Shown here: positions 52,022 through 62,554 of the stretch, in pieces | Numbering within the stretch: position 1 is the first letter of the stretch | Layout: every line of letters begins with the position of its first letter | Sequence record: NZ_CP020440.2 | DNA: 64,000 bases | Reading direction: 5' to 3' (one strand) | Source: a plasmid | Translations under genes and position numbers: made by a program | Notes under the pieces: model-generated | What the model saw: only the letters and a program-made list of their open reading frames with translations | Database searches by the model: none | Told to the model about the DNA's origin: nothing

Positions 52022-53022
52022 TCCCGGTCTTTGTCGTCACCGGCTTTCTGAGGGCGGGCAAGACCACGCTGGTCAACCGCCTTCTGGCCGCCCATCCCGA
52101 TACGGCCCTCATCATCAATGAATTCGGCGCGGTCGCGGTCGATCACCATCTGGTCCGGCAGGGCCGCGAACGGGTGCTGACCAGCACCGGCTGTATCTGC
52201 TGCACGGCGGGCAGCGACCTGCGCAGCACGCTGGACGAGTTGCTGCGCGGCCGCCGCGACGGCAGCCTGCCCGGCTATGCCCGGGTGCTGGTGGAAACCA
52301 CGGGTCTGGCCGATCCGGCCCCCATCGTGAACAGCCTGATCCCGGGCGGCCTGCCGGCTGTGGCGCTGCGCGACCATGCGGTGGCGCGGGCGTTCCGGCT
52401 GTCCTCGGTCATCACCGTGGCGGATGCGCAGGGGATTGCGGCGCTGGTCGCGCGCCACGCGCAGGCGCTGCGCCAGGTGGCCTTTGCCGACCATCTGGTG
52501 CTGAGCCACACCGACCTTGGCCCGCCGGGCGATCTGTCGGCGCTCACGGCGATCAACCCCGGCCTGCGGGTCCATGACGCGGGCGATCCCGCCTTCGACC
52601 CGGGCCTGCTGCTGGCCCCCGGCAGCTATGACGCGGCGGGGAAGGGCGCGGCGCTGGCGGGCTGGCTGGCCGAGGCGAAGGGCGCCTCCGGTCCGCGGCA
52701 TGGCGGCATCGCCGCCCATACGCTGGCGGCGGATGCGCTCCTGGATCGGGCGCGGCTGATGGATTTCCTGGCAGGCCTTGTCGCGGGCGGGCAGGTGCTG
52801 CGCGCCAAGGGGCTGGTCGCGGTCGCCGATGATCCGGGCCGCCCGCTGGTCGTCCATGCCGTGGGCCACCGGCTTTATCCCCCCGTCATGGCCGAGGCCT
52901 GGCCCGAGGGCCCGGCCGGCTCGCGGCTGGTCGTCATCGGCGAGGGGCTGGACGGCGCGCTGCTGCAGCGGCGCTTTGCCGCGCTGGCGGGGCCGGCGCG
53001 CCTGCCGGGGCTTGGCGGCTGA
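52018..53022 (+). CDS. COG0523/CobW-family G3E GTPase (putative metallochaperone)
   Basis: This is the internal Met of ORF 51616..53022, [23 protein letters not shown], the Walker A, with a GCICC metal-binding motif. Its ATG overlaps the nagA stop (ATGA). Confidence 0.8.
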   Translation: MIPVFVVTGFLRAGKTTLVNRLLAAHPDTALIINEFGAVAVDHHLVRQGRERVLTSTGCICCTAGSDLRSTLDELLRGRRDGSLPGYARVLVETTGLADPAPIVNSLIPGGLPAVALRDHAVARAFRLSSVITVADAQGIAALVARHAQALRQVAFADHLVLSHTDLGPPGDLSALTAINPGLRVHDAGDPAFDPGLLLAPGSYDAAGKGAALAGWLAEAKGASGPRHGGIAAHTLAADALLDRARLMDFLAGLVAGGQVLRAKGLVAVADDPGRPLVVHAVGHRLYPPVMAEAWPEGPAGSRLVVIGEGLDGALLQRRFAALAGPARLPGLGG

Positions 53023-53098
53023 GCGTCGATTCCGGGGGTTCCGGCCGGGCTGCGCTTTGGCTAGGCTGGCCGCAACCAAGAACACACAAGGGGCAGTC

Positions 53099-54382
53099 AT
53101 GCGCATTTCATTCAGGCATTCGGTCGGCTTTGCGGCGGTGGCGTTGATGCTCGCCTCGTGCGGGGTGGGGAACTATGGTCCCGGTCCGCGCGGCGTGGCC
53201 CCGCAAAGCCAGGAGATCAAATGGGGCCGCAACCAGAACCCGCCCCCCGCCAAGGTCGTGGGGCTGAACGCCTGGGTCGCGAATTTCAAGGGTCAGGCGC
53301 GGGGGCAGGGGATCAGCGACCAGACGCTGGAATTCGCCTTCCGCGACGTGGTCTACAACCCCGAGGTGGTGAAGCGCAGCCAGAACCAGGCCGAGTTCAA
53401 GAAATCCCTGTGGGAGTATCTGGAAAACGCCGTGTCGGAAAAGCGGCAGACCAACGGGCGCGCAGCGCTGGGGCAATACGGCGGCGTGCTGAACGCGGTC
53501 GAGGCGCGCTACGGCGTCGACAAGGAGGTCGTCACCGCCGTCTGGGGCATGGAATCGACCTATGGCGAACGCCGCGGCGACCTGCCGCTGATCGAGGCGC
53601 TGTCCACCCTGTCCTATGAGGGGTATCGCGGCGACTTCTTCCGCAGCCAACTGATCGCCGCGCTGAAGATCCTGCAGGCGGGCGACATCGACCCCGCGCA
53701 TATGACCGGCAGCTGGGCGGGCGCGATGGGGCACACCCAGTTCATCCCGACCACCTATCTGGCCTATGCCGCCGATTTCAACGGCGACGGGCGGCGCGAC
53801 ATCTGGTCGAACGACCCGAGCGATTCCCTGGCCTCGACGGCGAACTACCTGGCGAAATCGGGCTGGCAGCGCGGCCTGCCGGCGGCGGTCGAGGTGGCGC
53901 TGCCCGCAGGCTTCGACATGGGGCTGGCGGGCAAGGGCAAGCGCCGCTCGGTCGCGGAGTGGCAGTCGCTGGGCATCCGGCAGGCCAGTTCCCGGCCGCT
54001 GCCGCCGGCGGGGGCCTCGGCGGAACTCCTGGTGCCGGGCGGGCGCGACGGGGCGGCCTTCCTGATCACGCGCAACTTCCATGCCATCCTGCGCTATAAC
54101 AACGCCGACAGCTATGCGCTGGCGGTGGCGCATCTGGCCGACCGGCTGAAAGGCTATCCGGGGCTGACCAACCCCTGGCCCGCCAGCCACCCCGGCCTGC
54201 GCATCGAGAGCCGCAAGGAGATGCAGGAGCTGCTGACCGCGCGCGGCTTCGACACGCAGGGGGTGGACGGCAACGTCGGCTCGAACACCACGAACGCGAT
54301 CCGGGCCTATCAGCAGTCGCGCGGCCTGCCCGTGACCGGAGAGCCGAGCGCCGAGCTGCTGGCCCAGCTGCGCCGGGGCTAG
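53099..54382 (+). CDS. Lytic murein transglycosylase lipoprotein (MltB family) with C-terminal peptidoglycan-binding domain
   Basis: This is the internal Met of ORF 52778..54382, MRISFRHSVGFAAVALMLASCG, with a lipobox, followed by VWGMESTYGE and the C-terminal PG-binding repeat LLTARGFDTQGVDGNVGSNTTNAIRAYQQSRGLPVTG. Confidence 0.8.
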   Translation: MRISFRHSVGFAAVALMLASCGVGNYGPGPRGVAPQSQEIKWGRNQNPPPAKVVGLNAWVANFKGQARGQGISDQTLEFAFRDVVYNPEVVKRSQNQAEFKKSLWEYLENAVSEKRQTNGRAALGQYGGVLNAVEARYGVDKEVVTAVWGMESTYGERRGDLPLIEALSTLSYEGYRGDFFRSQLIAALKILQAGDIDPAHMTGSWAGAMGHTQFIPTTYLAYAADFNGDGRRDIWSNDPSDSLASTANYLAKSGWQRGLPAAVEVALPAGFDMGLAGKGKRRSVAEWQSLGIRQASSRPLPPAGASAELLVPGGRDGAAFLITRNFHAILRYNNADSYALAVAHLADRLKGYPGLTNPWPASHPGLRIESRKEMQELLTARGFDTQGVDGNVGSNTTNAIRAYQQSRGLPVTGEPSAELLAQLRRG

Positions 54383-54401
54383 GGCAGGGGGGTCGGGCGG
54401 C

Positions 54402-54797
54402 CTAGCCGCCCAGCACCGCCCGGGCTGCGCCGTTCTCGTCCAGGGCGACGAAGGTGAAGGTGGCCTCGGTCACCTGCTGGCTGTCGTCGCGGTGGCGTTC
54501 GCGGCGCCATGCCTCGACATGGATGCGCATCGAGGTGCGGCCGATGTGGACGATCTCGGCGTACAGCGAGACCTCGTCCCCGACCTTGACGGGGCGGTGG
54601 AACTTCATTCCCTCGACCGCGATGGTGGCGCTGCGGCCGCGCGCGGTCAGCGCCGCGACCGAACCGGCGGCCAGGTCCATCTGGCTCATCAGCCAGCCGC
54701 CGAAGATGTCGCCCGCCGGATTGGTGTCGGCGGGCATGGCGATGGTGCGGATGGTGGGGCTGCCGGGCGGCTGGATGTCGCTGTCGGTCAGGGGCAT
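54402..54797 (-). CDS. Acyl-CoA thioesterase, YciA/hotdog family
   Basis: This is the tail of ORF 54402..56336, MPLTDSDIQPPGSPTIRTIAMPADTNPAGDIFGGWLMSQMDLAAGSVA... Confidence 0.75.
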   Translation of the reverse strand: MPLTDSDIQPPGSPTIRTIAMPADTNPAGDIFGGWLMSQMDLAAGSVAALTARGRSATIAVEGMKFHRPVKVGDEVSLYAEIVHIGRTSMRIHVEAWRRERHRDDSQQVTEATFTFVALDENGAARAVLGG

Positions 54798-54865
54798 GGT
54801 GTCTCCTTGCGGGCGGGGGCTGGCAGGTCTTGCTAGCCGATCCGCCCACCCGGGGGAAAGCCCGT

Positions 54866-56254
54866 TCAGGCGTTCTGCAGGCTGCCTTCGTCCTCGCTGG
54901 CCATGACCGCGCGGTCGGTCTGGCCCAGCAGTTGCGAGGTGATGGTGCCCGCCGTCATCGAGCCGTTGACGTTCAGCGCGGTGCGGCCCATGTCGATCAG
55001 CGGCTCGACCGAGATCAGCAGCGCGACCAGCGTGACCGGCAGGCCCATGGCCGGCAGCACGATCAGCGCGGCCATGGTGGCGCCGCCGCCGACCCCCGCG
55101 ACCCCCGCCGAGGAGAGCGTGACGATGGCGATCAGGCTGACGATCCAGCCCGGGTCCAGCGGGTTGATGCCGACGGTCGGCGCGACCATGACGGCCAGCA
55201 TCGCCGGGTAAAGCCCGGCGCAGCCGTTCTGGCCGATGGTGGCGCCGAAGCTGGCGGCAAAGCTGGCGATGGTCGGCGGCACGCCTAGGCGGCGGGTCTG
55301 GATTTCCACGTTCAGGGGGATGGTGGCGGCGCTGGACCGGCTGGAGAAGGCGAAGCTGAGCGCGGGCAGCACCTTGCGGAAGAAGGCCAGCGGGTTCACC
55401 CCGGTCGCCGCCAGCAGCAGCGCATGCACCCCGAACATGATCGCGAGCCCCAGATAGGACGCCAGGACGAACTTGCCGAGGTTCAGGATGTCGGCGGCGT
55501 TCGAGGTGGCGGCCATCTTGGTCATCAGCGCCATGACGCCGAAGGGCGTCAGCGTCATGATGAGCCGCACGAGCTGGGCGATCCAGGACTGCATCAGGTC
55601 GATGAAGGCGATCAGGCGCCCGCCCTTGTCCGGGTCGCGCCGGACCAGCCGGATCGCCGCGACGCCCAGGAAGCCCGCGAAGATCACCACCGAGATGATC
55701 GAGGTCGGGTTCGCGCCGGTCAGATCGGCGAAGGGGTTCTTGGGGATGAAGGACAGGATCAGCTGCGGCAGGGTCAGGTCGGCGACCTTGGGCGCATAGG
55801 TCGATTGCAGCGTCGACAGCCGGGCGGTTTCCTGCGCGCCCTGGGCCAGCCCCTCGGCGGTCAGGCCGAAGGCCAGCGACATCGCGACGCCGACGAAGGC
55901 CGCGATGGCGGTCGTCCCCAGCAGCGTCCCCAGCGTGAGCGCCGAGATGCGCCCCAGCGAGGACGCGTCGTGCAGCTTGCTGACCGCGTTCAGGATGGCG
56001 ACGAAGACCAGCGGCATGACGATCATCTGCAACAGCTGCACATAGCCGTTGCCGACGATGTTGATCCAGCTGATCGTGGTGGCCAGCGTCGGATTCGCGG
56101 CGCCATAGACCAGTTGCAGGCCGATGCCGAACAGGGTGCCCAGCACCAGGCCCACGAAGACCCGGGCGGACAGCGAAAGCGTGCCGGACTGCAATCGGGC
56201 GAGGCCGAACAGCAGGGCAGCGAACAGAACAAGGTTGATGAACACGGGCGCCAT
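54866..56254 (-). CDS. Dicarboxylate/amino acid:cation symporter (DAACS) family transporter, TcyP/L-cystine-like
   Basis: It is 462 aa with 8-10 TM segments and the [12 protein letters not shown] and NVNGSMTAG motifs. Confidence 0.75.
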   Translation of the reverse strand: MAPVFINLVLFAALLFGLARLQSGTLSLSARVFVGLVLGTLFGIGLQLVYGAANPTLATTISWINIVGNGYVQLLQMIVMPLVFVAILNAVSKLHDASSLGRISALTLGTLLGTTAIAAFVGVAMSLAFGLTAEGLAQGAQETARLSTLQSTYAPKVADLTLPQLILSFIPKNPFADLTGANPTSIISVVIFAGFLGVAAIRLVRRDPDKGGRLIAFIDLMQSWIAQLVRLIMTLTPFGVMALMTKMAATSNAADILNLGKFVLASYLGLAIMFGVHALLLAATGVNPLAFFRKVLPALSFAFSSRSSAATIPLNVEIQTRRLGVPPTIASFAASFGATIGQNGCAGLYPAMLAVMVAPTVGINPLDPGWIVSLIAIVTLSSAGVAGVGGGATMAALIVLPAMGLPVTLVALLISVEPLIDMGRTALNVNGSMTAGTITSQLLGQTDRAVMASEDEGSLQNA

Positions 56255-56400
56255 GGTGCGTCTCCGGCTTATTGTATGGGGTCCTTATGCTAGTCACCGC
56301 CGCGCCGCAGGGTAAGGTCGCCGCGAAAATAAGCACGAACCCGGTCGCTTAGCGCCGGGGGACGTGAAAAAGTTCCACCCAGGCGGGAAAGCGTGGAACG

Positions 56401-56817
56401 CTATCCGGCCCCTTGCGCGAAGGGATCGACCAGCCGGCAGCCGGTCGGCCGGAAATCGGCGGTGTTGCCGGTGACCACGGCCGCGTCATGCGCAAGCGCG
56501 GTCGCCGCGATCAGCAGGTCGGCCCCGGCGTGGCCCAGCCGGGCGGAAAGCTGGCCCCAGAGCAGCGCCTCGGCCGCGCTGAAGGGCAGCAGGCGGTCGG
56601 AAAACAGCGTGACGGTGCGCGTCAGCCAATCGCGCAGGTCGCGGGCAAAGGGCGGGTTCTGCGATTCCTGGCGGACGATGCCGCGCTCGATCTCGCCCAA
56701 GGTGACGACGGAGAGATAGAGCGCGGTGTCGTCCTGCCGGGCCAGCCAGGCGGCGACCGCCGGGCTGCGTTCGGGGCGGCGCAGCGCCGACAGGACATTG
56801 GTATCCAGGATCAGCAT
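56401..56817 (-). CDS. vapC: Type II toxin VapC (PIN-domain ribonuclease)
   Basis: MLILDTNVLSALRRPERSPAVAAWL gives the PIN acidic residue D6 and the following motif, and TGNTADF is the C-terminal PIN motif. Confidence 0.85.
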   Translation of the reverse strand: MLILDTNVLSALRRPERSPAVAAWLARQDDTALYLSVVTLGEIERGIVRQESQNPPFARDLRDWLTRTVTLFSDRLLPFSAAEALLWGQLSARLGHAGADLLIAATALAHDAAVVTGNTADFRPTGCRLVDPFAQGAG

Positions 56818-57072
56818 TCAGAAGCTGACGTCGCGCGGGGCCACCCAGGCGCGCCCGGAATCGGGGCTCAGGTCGGGGCCCGGAAAGCTGAGGAGGTGGG
56901 CGGCGAAGGAGCCGCGGTTTTCCTGCGTCGCGGCCAGCATCCGGGCGTAGTCCGCGGCGGCCAGCACCACGACGGCGGGCTTGCCGCGCCGCGTCACCTG
57001 CTGCGGCTGGCCGGCAAGCGCCGCATCGACCACGGCCGAAAAGCGGTTCTTGGCATCCTGAAGCGTCCACAT
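56818..57072 (-). CDS. vapB: Type II antitoxin, Phd/YefM family
   Basis: MWTLQDAKNRFSAVVDAALAGQPQQVTRRGKPAVVVLAAADYARM. Its stop abuts the vapC start. Confidence 0.8.
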   Translation of the reverse strand: MWTLQDAKNRFSAVVDAALAGQPQQVTRRGKPAVVVLAAADYARMLAATQENRGSFAAHLLSFPGPDLSPDSGRAWVAPRDVSF

Positions 57073-57081
57073 GGCGGTTTC

Positions 57082-57105
57082 CTATCTAGCTCTCTGGCTA
57101 GATAG
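57082..57105. promoter_or_regulatory. Inverted repeat CTATCTAGC-N6-GCTAGATAG immediately upstream of vapB (candidate antitoxin operator)
   Basis: Direct read: cCTATCTAGCtctctgGCTAGATAGatagc. Confidence 0.35.
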
Positions 57106-57185
57106 ATAGCGCAGGATGGGGCAGGTTTCAAGAAAAACGCCCGGGCTGGGGCGGCCCGGGCGTGCTTACAGGGACTGGGACGGGG

Positions 57186-58493
57186 TCAGCTGCGCCCGAA
57201 TTCGATCCGGCGGGCGAAGCGCAGCGCCAGAACGGTGCAGACCGCGCCCGACAGCAGGTAAAGCCCCGCCGCTGGCAGGCCCAGCCAGGACGACAGCGCC
57301 AGCGCCGCCAGAGGTGCGAAGCCCGCGCCGAAGAGCCACGCCAGGTCCGACACCACCGCCGAGTCGGTGTAGCGCCGCGCCGGGTCGAAGAGCGATGCGA
57401 CCGCGCCCGAGCTTTGGCCGAAGCTGACGCCCAGCACGATGAAGCCGACGGTCATGTAGACGGCCTCGCCCAGCTTGTCGCCCGACAAGAGAAGCGGCGC
57501 GACCAGGCTGAAGATGGCGATGGCGATGGCGCCGCGATAAAGCAGCTTGCGGTGCCCGATGCGGTCGGCCAGCAGCCCCGAGGCCGCGATGGCGAGAAAG
57601 CCCCAGCCGGCGGCGATGGCCTGGATCACCAGGAAGCCGGCGGGGTTTTCGCTGGTGTAGAGATAGACCCAGGACAGCGGGAACACCGTGACCATGTGGA
57701 ACAGCGCAAAGCTGGCCAGCGGCACGAAGGCGCCGATCAGGATCATGCGGCCGTCCTGGCGGAAGGCGGCGCGAAAGCTCGACGGGTTCAGGTGGCGCGT
57801 CTCGAACGCCTCGGTGTATTCCGGGGTCACCACGATGCGCAGGCGCGCGAACAGCGCCACGACGTTGATCGCGAAGGCCACGAAGAAGGGATAGCGCCAG
57901 CCCCAGTCCAGGAAATCGGCCTGCGACATGTTGCTGAGCAGATAGGCGAACAGCAGGCTGGCGACGGCCAGGCCGACCGGCGCGCCAAGCTGCGGCATCA
58001 TGGTGTAAAGGCCGCGCCGCCCCTTGGGCGCGTTCATGTTCAGCAGCGACGGCAACCCGTCCCAGGCCCCGCCAAGCGCGAAGCCCTGACCGATTCGCAG
58101 CAGGCACAGCAGCCAGATCGAGGCCGCGCCGATGTTTTCATAGGACGGGATCAGGCCCATGCCGACGGTCGAGGTGCCCAGGATCAGCAGCGCCAGCGTC
58201 AGCTTGGCGCTTTTGCCGTGGCGCCGGTCGATGACGGTGAAGAACGCCGTGCCCAGCGGCCGCGCCAGGAACGCCAGCGCAAAGACGGTGAACGACCACA
58301 GCGTCGCAGTCAGCGGATCGGCAAAGGAAAAATACCGCGCCGGGAACACGATGACCGAGGCGATGGCGAAGACGAAGAAGTCGAAGAATTCGGACGACCG
58401 GCCGATGACGACGCCCACTGCGATGTCGGAAGGCGAGACGTGGATGTCCTTCGCCTCATCGGGAAGCGTGGAAGGGGTGTGCGCTGCGCTCAT
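57186..58493 (-). CDS. MFS transporter, metabolite:H+ symporter (MHS/ProP-like) family
   Basis: This is the internal Met of ORF 57186..58589, MSAAHTPSTLPDEAKDIHVSPSDIAVGVVIGRSSEFFDFFVFAIASVIVF. It is 435 aa with 12 TM segments. Confidence 0.8.
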   Translation of the reverse strand: MSAAHTPSTLPDEAKDIHVSPSDIAVGVVIGRSSEFFDFFVFAIASVIVFPARYFSFADPLTATLWSFTVFALAFLARPLGTAFFTVIDRRHGKSAKLTLALLILGTSTVGMGLIPSYENIGAASIWLLCLLRIGQGFALGGAWDGLPSLLNMNAPKGRRGLYTMMPQLGAPVGLAVASLLFAYLLSNMSQADFLDWGWRYPFFVAFAINVVALFARLRIVVTPEYTEAFETRHLNPSSFRAAFRQDGRMILIGAFVPLASFALFHMVTVFPLSWVYLYTSENPAGFLVIQAIAAGWGFLAIAASGLLADRIGHRKLLYRGAIAIAIFSLVAPLLLSGDKLGEAVYMTVGFIVLGVSFGQSSGAVASLFDPARRYTDSAVVSDLAWLFGAGFAPLAALALSSWLGLPAAGLYLLSGAVCTVLALRFARRIEFGRS

Positions 58494-58699
58494 GTCTAGC
58501 TGACCTCTTGGGGGCACCCGGGCCGAGGAGGGGAGGCTTTGGGGGCAATAGAAGGCCGAGAGCATCCTTTGGTCAACCGCCAGATTCAAGGTGTGCAGGG
58601 TGTGGCAAATTGTCCTATGTCTGGTTCCGGGCCCAGCCTTTAGGGGGTGGGGCTTAACCGACTCATCCTCATGCTCCCCCCTTGGTGAGGTCAGGCTTC

Positions 58700-59905
58700 A
58701 TGCACATACCCTTTCGCCTGGCGCGCCTTGCCGCGCTTGCCCCGATCGTTCTTGGCCTCGCCGCCTGCAAGATGGAGGTCCTGTCGCCCTCGGGCGATGT
58801 CGCCGAGCGGCAACGCGACCTGCTGGTGCAGTCCACCTGGCTGATGCTGCTGATCATCATTCCCGTGATGGCGCTGACCATCTGGTTCGCCTGGCGCTAT
58901 CGCGCCTCGAACCGCGATGCGACCTATGCGCCCGACTGGGACCACTCGGCCAAGTTCGAGCTGGTGATCTGGGCGGCGCCGCTGCTGATCATCATCTGCC
59001 TGGGCGCGCTGACCTGGGTCGGCACCCACCTGCTGGACCCCTATCGCCGGCTGGACCGGCTGTCGGTCGAGCAGCCCGTGCCCGACGAGGACCCGTTCCG
59101 GGTCCAGGTCGTCGCGCTGGACTGGAAATGGCTGTTCATCTATCCCGAGCAGGGCGTCGCCTCGATCAACGAGCTGGCGGTGCCGACCGACCGCGAGATC
59201 GAGTTCACGCTGACCTCCTCGACGGTGATGAACGCCTTCTACATCCCGGCGATGGCGGGCATGATCTATGCCATGCCGGGGATGCAGACCACGCTGCACG
59301 GGGTCTTCAACAACCCGGGCGAATACCAGGGTCTGGCCTCGCATTACTCGGGACACGGTTTTTCGGGGATGCGGTTCAAGACCCATGCGACGGACCAGGC
59401 GGGCTTCGACGCCTGGGTGGACGAGGCGCGCGCCGCGGGCGGGCTGCTCGACCGCGCGAAATACCTGGAGCTGGAAGCGCCGACCGAGAACGTCAAGCCG
59501 CAGACCTTCGCCGACGTGGACCCCGAACTGTTCGACCGCGTGGTCAACATGTGCGTCGAGCAGGGCAAGATCTGCATGGCCGAGATGATGGCGCTGGACG
59601 CGCAGGGCGGCACCGGGCTTGCCGGCACGATCAACACCGCGCAGCTGACCCATGACAAGGACCTGCGCCGCGGCATTCCGCGCCCGGTGCTGGGGCCCAC
59701 CCCCTTCATGGTCACCGGCTTCTGCACGCCCGAGGATTCGGCCAAGATGTTCGCCGACCTGCGCAAGACCGATCCGCAGACCCGCATCGACCAATCGCCC
59801 ATGCGCGGCGTGGCGTTGCCCCGCCCTGAAAACCGCCTTGGCATCGACATGCCTCGGAGCATCCAGGACGCACGGCGAGACAACGCCGTCGAAACCCAAC
59901 TCTGA
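58700..59905 (+). CDS. cyoA: Heme-copper quinol oxidase (bo3/ba3-type) subunit II
   Basis: The lipoprotein signal is LGLAACKMEVLSP. The cupredoxin fold lacks the CuA ligands and is 401 aa with a long C-terminal extension. Confidence 0.85.
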   Translation: MHIPFRLARLAALAPIVLGLAACKMEVLSPSGDVAERQRDLLVQSTWLMLLIIIPVMALTIWFAWRYRASNRDATYAPDWDHSAKFELVIWAAPLLIIICLGALTWVGTHLLDPYRRLDRLSVEQPVPDEDPFRVQVVALDWKWLFIYPEQGVASINELAVPTDREIEFTLTSSTVMNAFYIPAMAGMIYAMPGMQTTLHGVFNNPGEYQGLASHYSGHGFSGMRFKTHATDQAGFDAWVDEARAAGGLLDRAKYLELEAPTENVKPQTFADVDPELFDRVVNMCVEQGKICMAEMMALDAQGGTGLAGTINTAQLTHDKDLRRGIPRPVLGPTPFMVTGFCTPEDSAKMFADLRKTDPQTRIDQSPMRGVALPRPENRLGIDMPRSIQDARRDNAVETQL

Positions 59906-59917
59906 CCGGAGTCCCAG

Positions 59918-61930
59918 ATGGCCATTCCAACAAATGTCGAAACGACCTTCCTTCTGGGGCGCCTGAACTGGGACGCCATCCCGAAGGAGCCGATCGTCAT
60001 GGCGACCTTCGTGGTCGTCGCCCTGGGCGGCATCGCCATGGTCGCCGCCCTGACCAAATACCGCCTGTGGGGCTATCTGTGGCACGAGTGGTTCACCTCG
60101 ATCGACCACAAGAAGATCGGGATCATGTACATGATCCTGGGCATCGTCATGTTCGTGCGTGGCTTTGCCGACGCGGTGATGATGCGCATCCAGCAGGCCA
60201 TGGCCTTCAACGGGTCCGAGGGCTACCTGAACGCGCACCACTATGACCAGATCTTCACGGCGCATGGCGTCATCATGATCTTCTTCGTGGCGATGCCGGT
60301 CGTCACGGGGCTGATGAACTATATCGTGCCCCTGCAGATTGGCGCGCGCGACGTGTCCTTCCCGTTCCTGAACAACTTCTCGTTCTGGATGACGACGGGC
60401 GGCGCGGTGATCGTCATGGCCTCGCTGTTCGTGGGCGAATTCGCGCAGACCGGCTGGCTGGCCTTCCCGCCGCTGTCGGGCATCGCCTATTCCCCCTGGG
60501 TCGGCGTCGACTATTACATCTGGGGCCTTCAGGTCGCGGGCGTCGGCACCACGCTGTCGGGCATCAACCTGCTGGTCACCATCCTGAAGATGCGCGCCCC
60601 GGGCATGACCATGATGCGGATGCCGATCTTTACCTGGACGTCGTTCTGCACCAACATCCTGATCGTGGCGTCGTTCCCGGTGCTGACCATGACGCTGATC
60701 CTGCTGACGCTGGACCGCTATCTGGGCACCAACTTCTTCACCAACGACCTTGGTGGCAATCCGATGATGTACATCAACCTCATCTGGATCTGGGGCCACC
60801 CCGAGGTCTATATCCTGATCCTGCCGCTGTTCGGCGTCTATTCGGAAATCGCGGCCACCTTCTCGGGCAAGCGGCTGTTCGGCTATACCTCGATGGTCTA
60901 TGCCACCATCTGCATCACGGTCCTGAGCTATCTGGTCTGGCTGCACCACTTCTTCACCATGGGATCGGGCGCGTCGGTGAACTCGTTCTTCGGGATCACC
61001 ACGATGATCATCTCGATCCCGACGGGCGCCAAGATCTTCAACTGGCTGTTCACCATGTACCGCGGCCGCGTGCGCTATGAACTGCCGATGATGTGGCTGG
61101 TGGCCTTCATGCTGACCTTCGTCATCGGCGGCATGACGGGCGTGCTGCTGGCCGTGCCGCCGGCGGATTTCGTGCTGCACAACTCGCTGTTCCTAATCGC
61201 GCACTTCCACAACGTCATCATCGGCGGCGTGCTGTTCGGGACCTTCGCCGCGATCAACTTCTGGTGGCCCAAGGCCTTCGGCTTCAAGCTGAACGTGTTC
61301 TGGGGCAAGGTCCAGTTCTGGTGCTGGGTCGTCGGCTTCTGGGTGGCGTTCATGCCGCTTTATATCCTGGGCCTGATGGGCGTGACCCGCCGGGTGCGCG
61401 TCTTCGACGACCCGAGCCTGCAGATCTGGTTCATCATCGCCGGCATCGGCGCGGCGCTGATCGCCGCCGGGATCGGTGCGATGTTCGTGCAGTTCGCCGT
61501 CTCGATCTGGAAGCGGAACGAACCCGAATACCGCGACGTGACGGGCGATCCGTGGAACGGGCGGACGCTGGAATGGGCGACCTCGTCGCCGCCGCCCTTC
61601 TACAACTTCGCCTTCACGCCGGTGGTCCACGGGCTGGACGCCTGGTGGGACATGAAGCAGGCGGGCGCCGCGCGTCCCAAGGCCGATTACATCCCGATCC
61701 ACATGCCGCATTACACCGGCAGCGGGGTGGTTCTGGCGGGGCTGTCCACCCTCTGCGGCCTTGCGATGATCTGGTACATCTGGTGGCTGGCCGTCCTGTC
61801 CTTTGTCGGCATCGTCGGTTATGCGACCTGGCACACCTTCAACTATGACCGCGACTATTACGTCCCCGCCGAGGAAGTGCGCGAGACGGAAGAAGCCCGC
61901 GACCGCGCGCTGGCCGCACAGGGAGCCTGA
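59918..61930 (+). CDS. cyoB: Quinol oxidase subunit I
   Basis: It is 670 aa. [25 protein letters not shown] and HHFFTMG are heme-copper oxidase His ligands. Confidence 0.95.
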   Translation: MAIPTNVETTFLLGRLNWDAIPKEPIVMATFVVVALGGIAMVAALTKYRLWGYLWHEWFTSIDHKKIGIMYMILGIVMFVRGFADAVMMRIQQAMAFNGSEGYLNAHHYDQIFTAHGVIMIFFVAMPVVTGLMNYIVPLQIGARDVSFPFLNNFSFWMTTGGAVIVMASLFVGEFAQTGWLAFPPLSGIAYSPWVGVDYYIWGLQVAGVGTTLSGINLLVTILKMRAPGMTMMRMPIFTWTSFCTNILIVASFPVLTMTLILLTLDRYLGTNFFTNDLGGNPMMYINLIWIWGHPEVYILILPLFGVYSEIAATFSGKRLFGYTSMVYATICITVLSYLVWLHHFFTMGSGASVNSFFGITTMIISIPTGAKIFNWLFTMYRGRVRYELPMMWLVAFMLTFVIGGMTGVLLAVPPADFVLHNSLFLIAHFHNVIIGGVLFGTFAAINFWWPKAFGFKLNVFWGKVQFWCWVVGFWVAFMPLYILGLMGVTRRVRVFDDPSLQIWFIIAGIGAALIAAGIGAMFVQFAVSIWKRNEPEYRDVTGDPWNGRTLEWATSSPPPFYNFAFTPVVHGLDAWWDMKQAGAARPKADYIPIHMPHYTGSGVVLAGLSTLCGLAMIWYIWWLAVLSFVGIVGYATWHTFNYDRDYYVPAEEVRETEEARDRALAAQGA

Positions 61931-61933
61931 GGC

Positions 61934-62554
61934 ATGAGCACCGCAACCGAACTCAAGTCCCCCGCCGAATACTGGGAGACCGAGCCCCACCATCATCCGG
62001 AAGGCGCCTCGACCAGCATCGGGTTCTGGGTCTACCTGATGAGCGACTGCCTGATGTTCGCGGTCCTTTTCGCCTGCTACGGCGTGCTTCAGGGCAACCT
62101 GGCCGCCGGTCCGGGGCCGAAGGACCTGTTCGACCTGGAGCTGGTCGCGATCAACACGGCGATGCTGCTGTTCTCGTCGATCACCTACGGCTTTGCCATG
62201 CTGTCCATGGCCAAGGGCGACCGCAGCGGCACGCTGCGCTGGCTGGGGATCACGCTGTTCTTCGGCCTGTGCTTCCTGGCCATCGAGCTTTACGAGTTCC
62301 ACCACCTGATCCACATCGGTGCGGGACCGGGACGCTCGGCCTTCCTGTCGGCCTTCTTCACGCTGGTCGGCACCCACGGGCTGCACGTCACCTTCGGCTC
62401 GATCTGGCTGGTGACGCTGATGGTCCAGGTGTCGAAATTCGGGCTGACCCAGGCCAACCAGCGCCGGCTGATGTGCCTGAGCCTGTTCTGGCACTTCCTG
62501 GACCTGATCTGGATCGGGGTCTTTACCGTCGTCTATCTGCTGGGGGTGCTGTGA
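61934..62554 (+). CDS. cyoC: Quinol oxidase subunit III
   Basis: It is 206 aa with five TM segments: EGASTSIGFWVYLMSDCLMFAVLFA. Confidence 0.9.
   Translation: MSTATELKSPAEYWETEPHHHPEGASTSIGFWVYLMSDCLMFAVLFACYGVLQGNLAAGPGPKDLFDLELVAINTAMLLFSSITYGFAMLSMAKGDRSGTLRWLGITLFFGLCFLAIELYEFHHLIHIGAGPGRSAFLSAFFTLVGTHGLHVTFGSIWLVTLMVQVSKFGLTQANQRRLMCLSLFWHFLDLIWIGVFTVVYLLGVL

Noticed and set aside
54395-54411. Small hairpin GGGCGG-cctag-CCGCCC between convergent mltB and the thioesterase gene, as a terminator
   Set aside because: It overlaps the thioesterase stop codon, has a short stem and no U-tract, and is weak as a stand-alone terminator call.
58494-58699. Possible FNR/ANR-type box in the divergent MFS/cyoA promoter region (ttggtcaaccgccagattcaagg)
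   Set aside because: It does not match TTGAT-N4-ATCAA spacing or symmetry, so no regulatory site was called.
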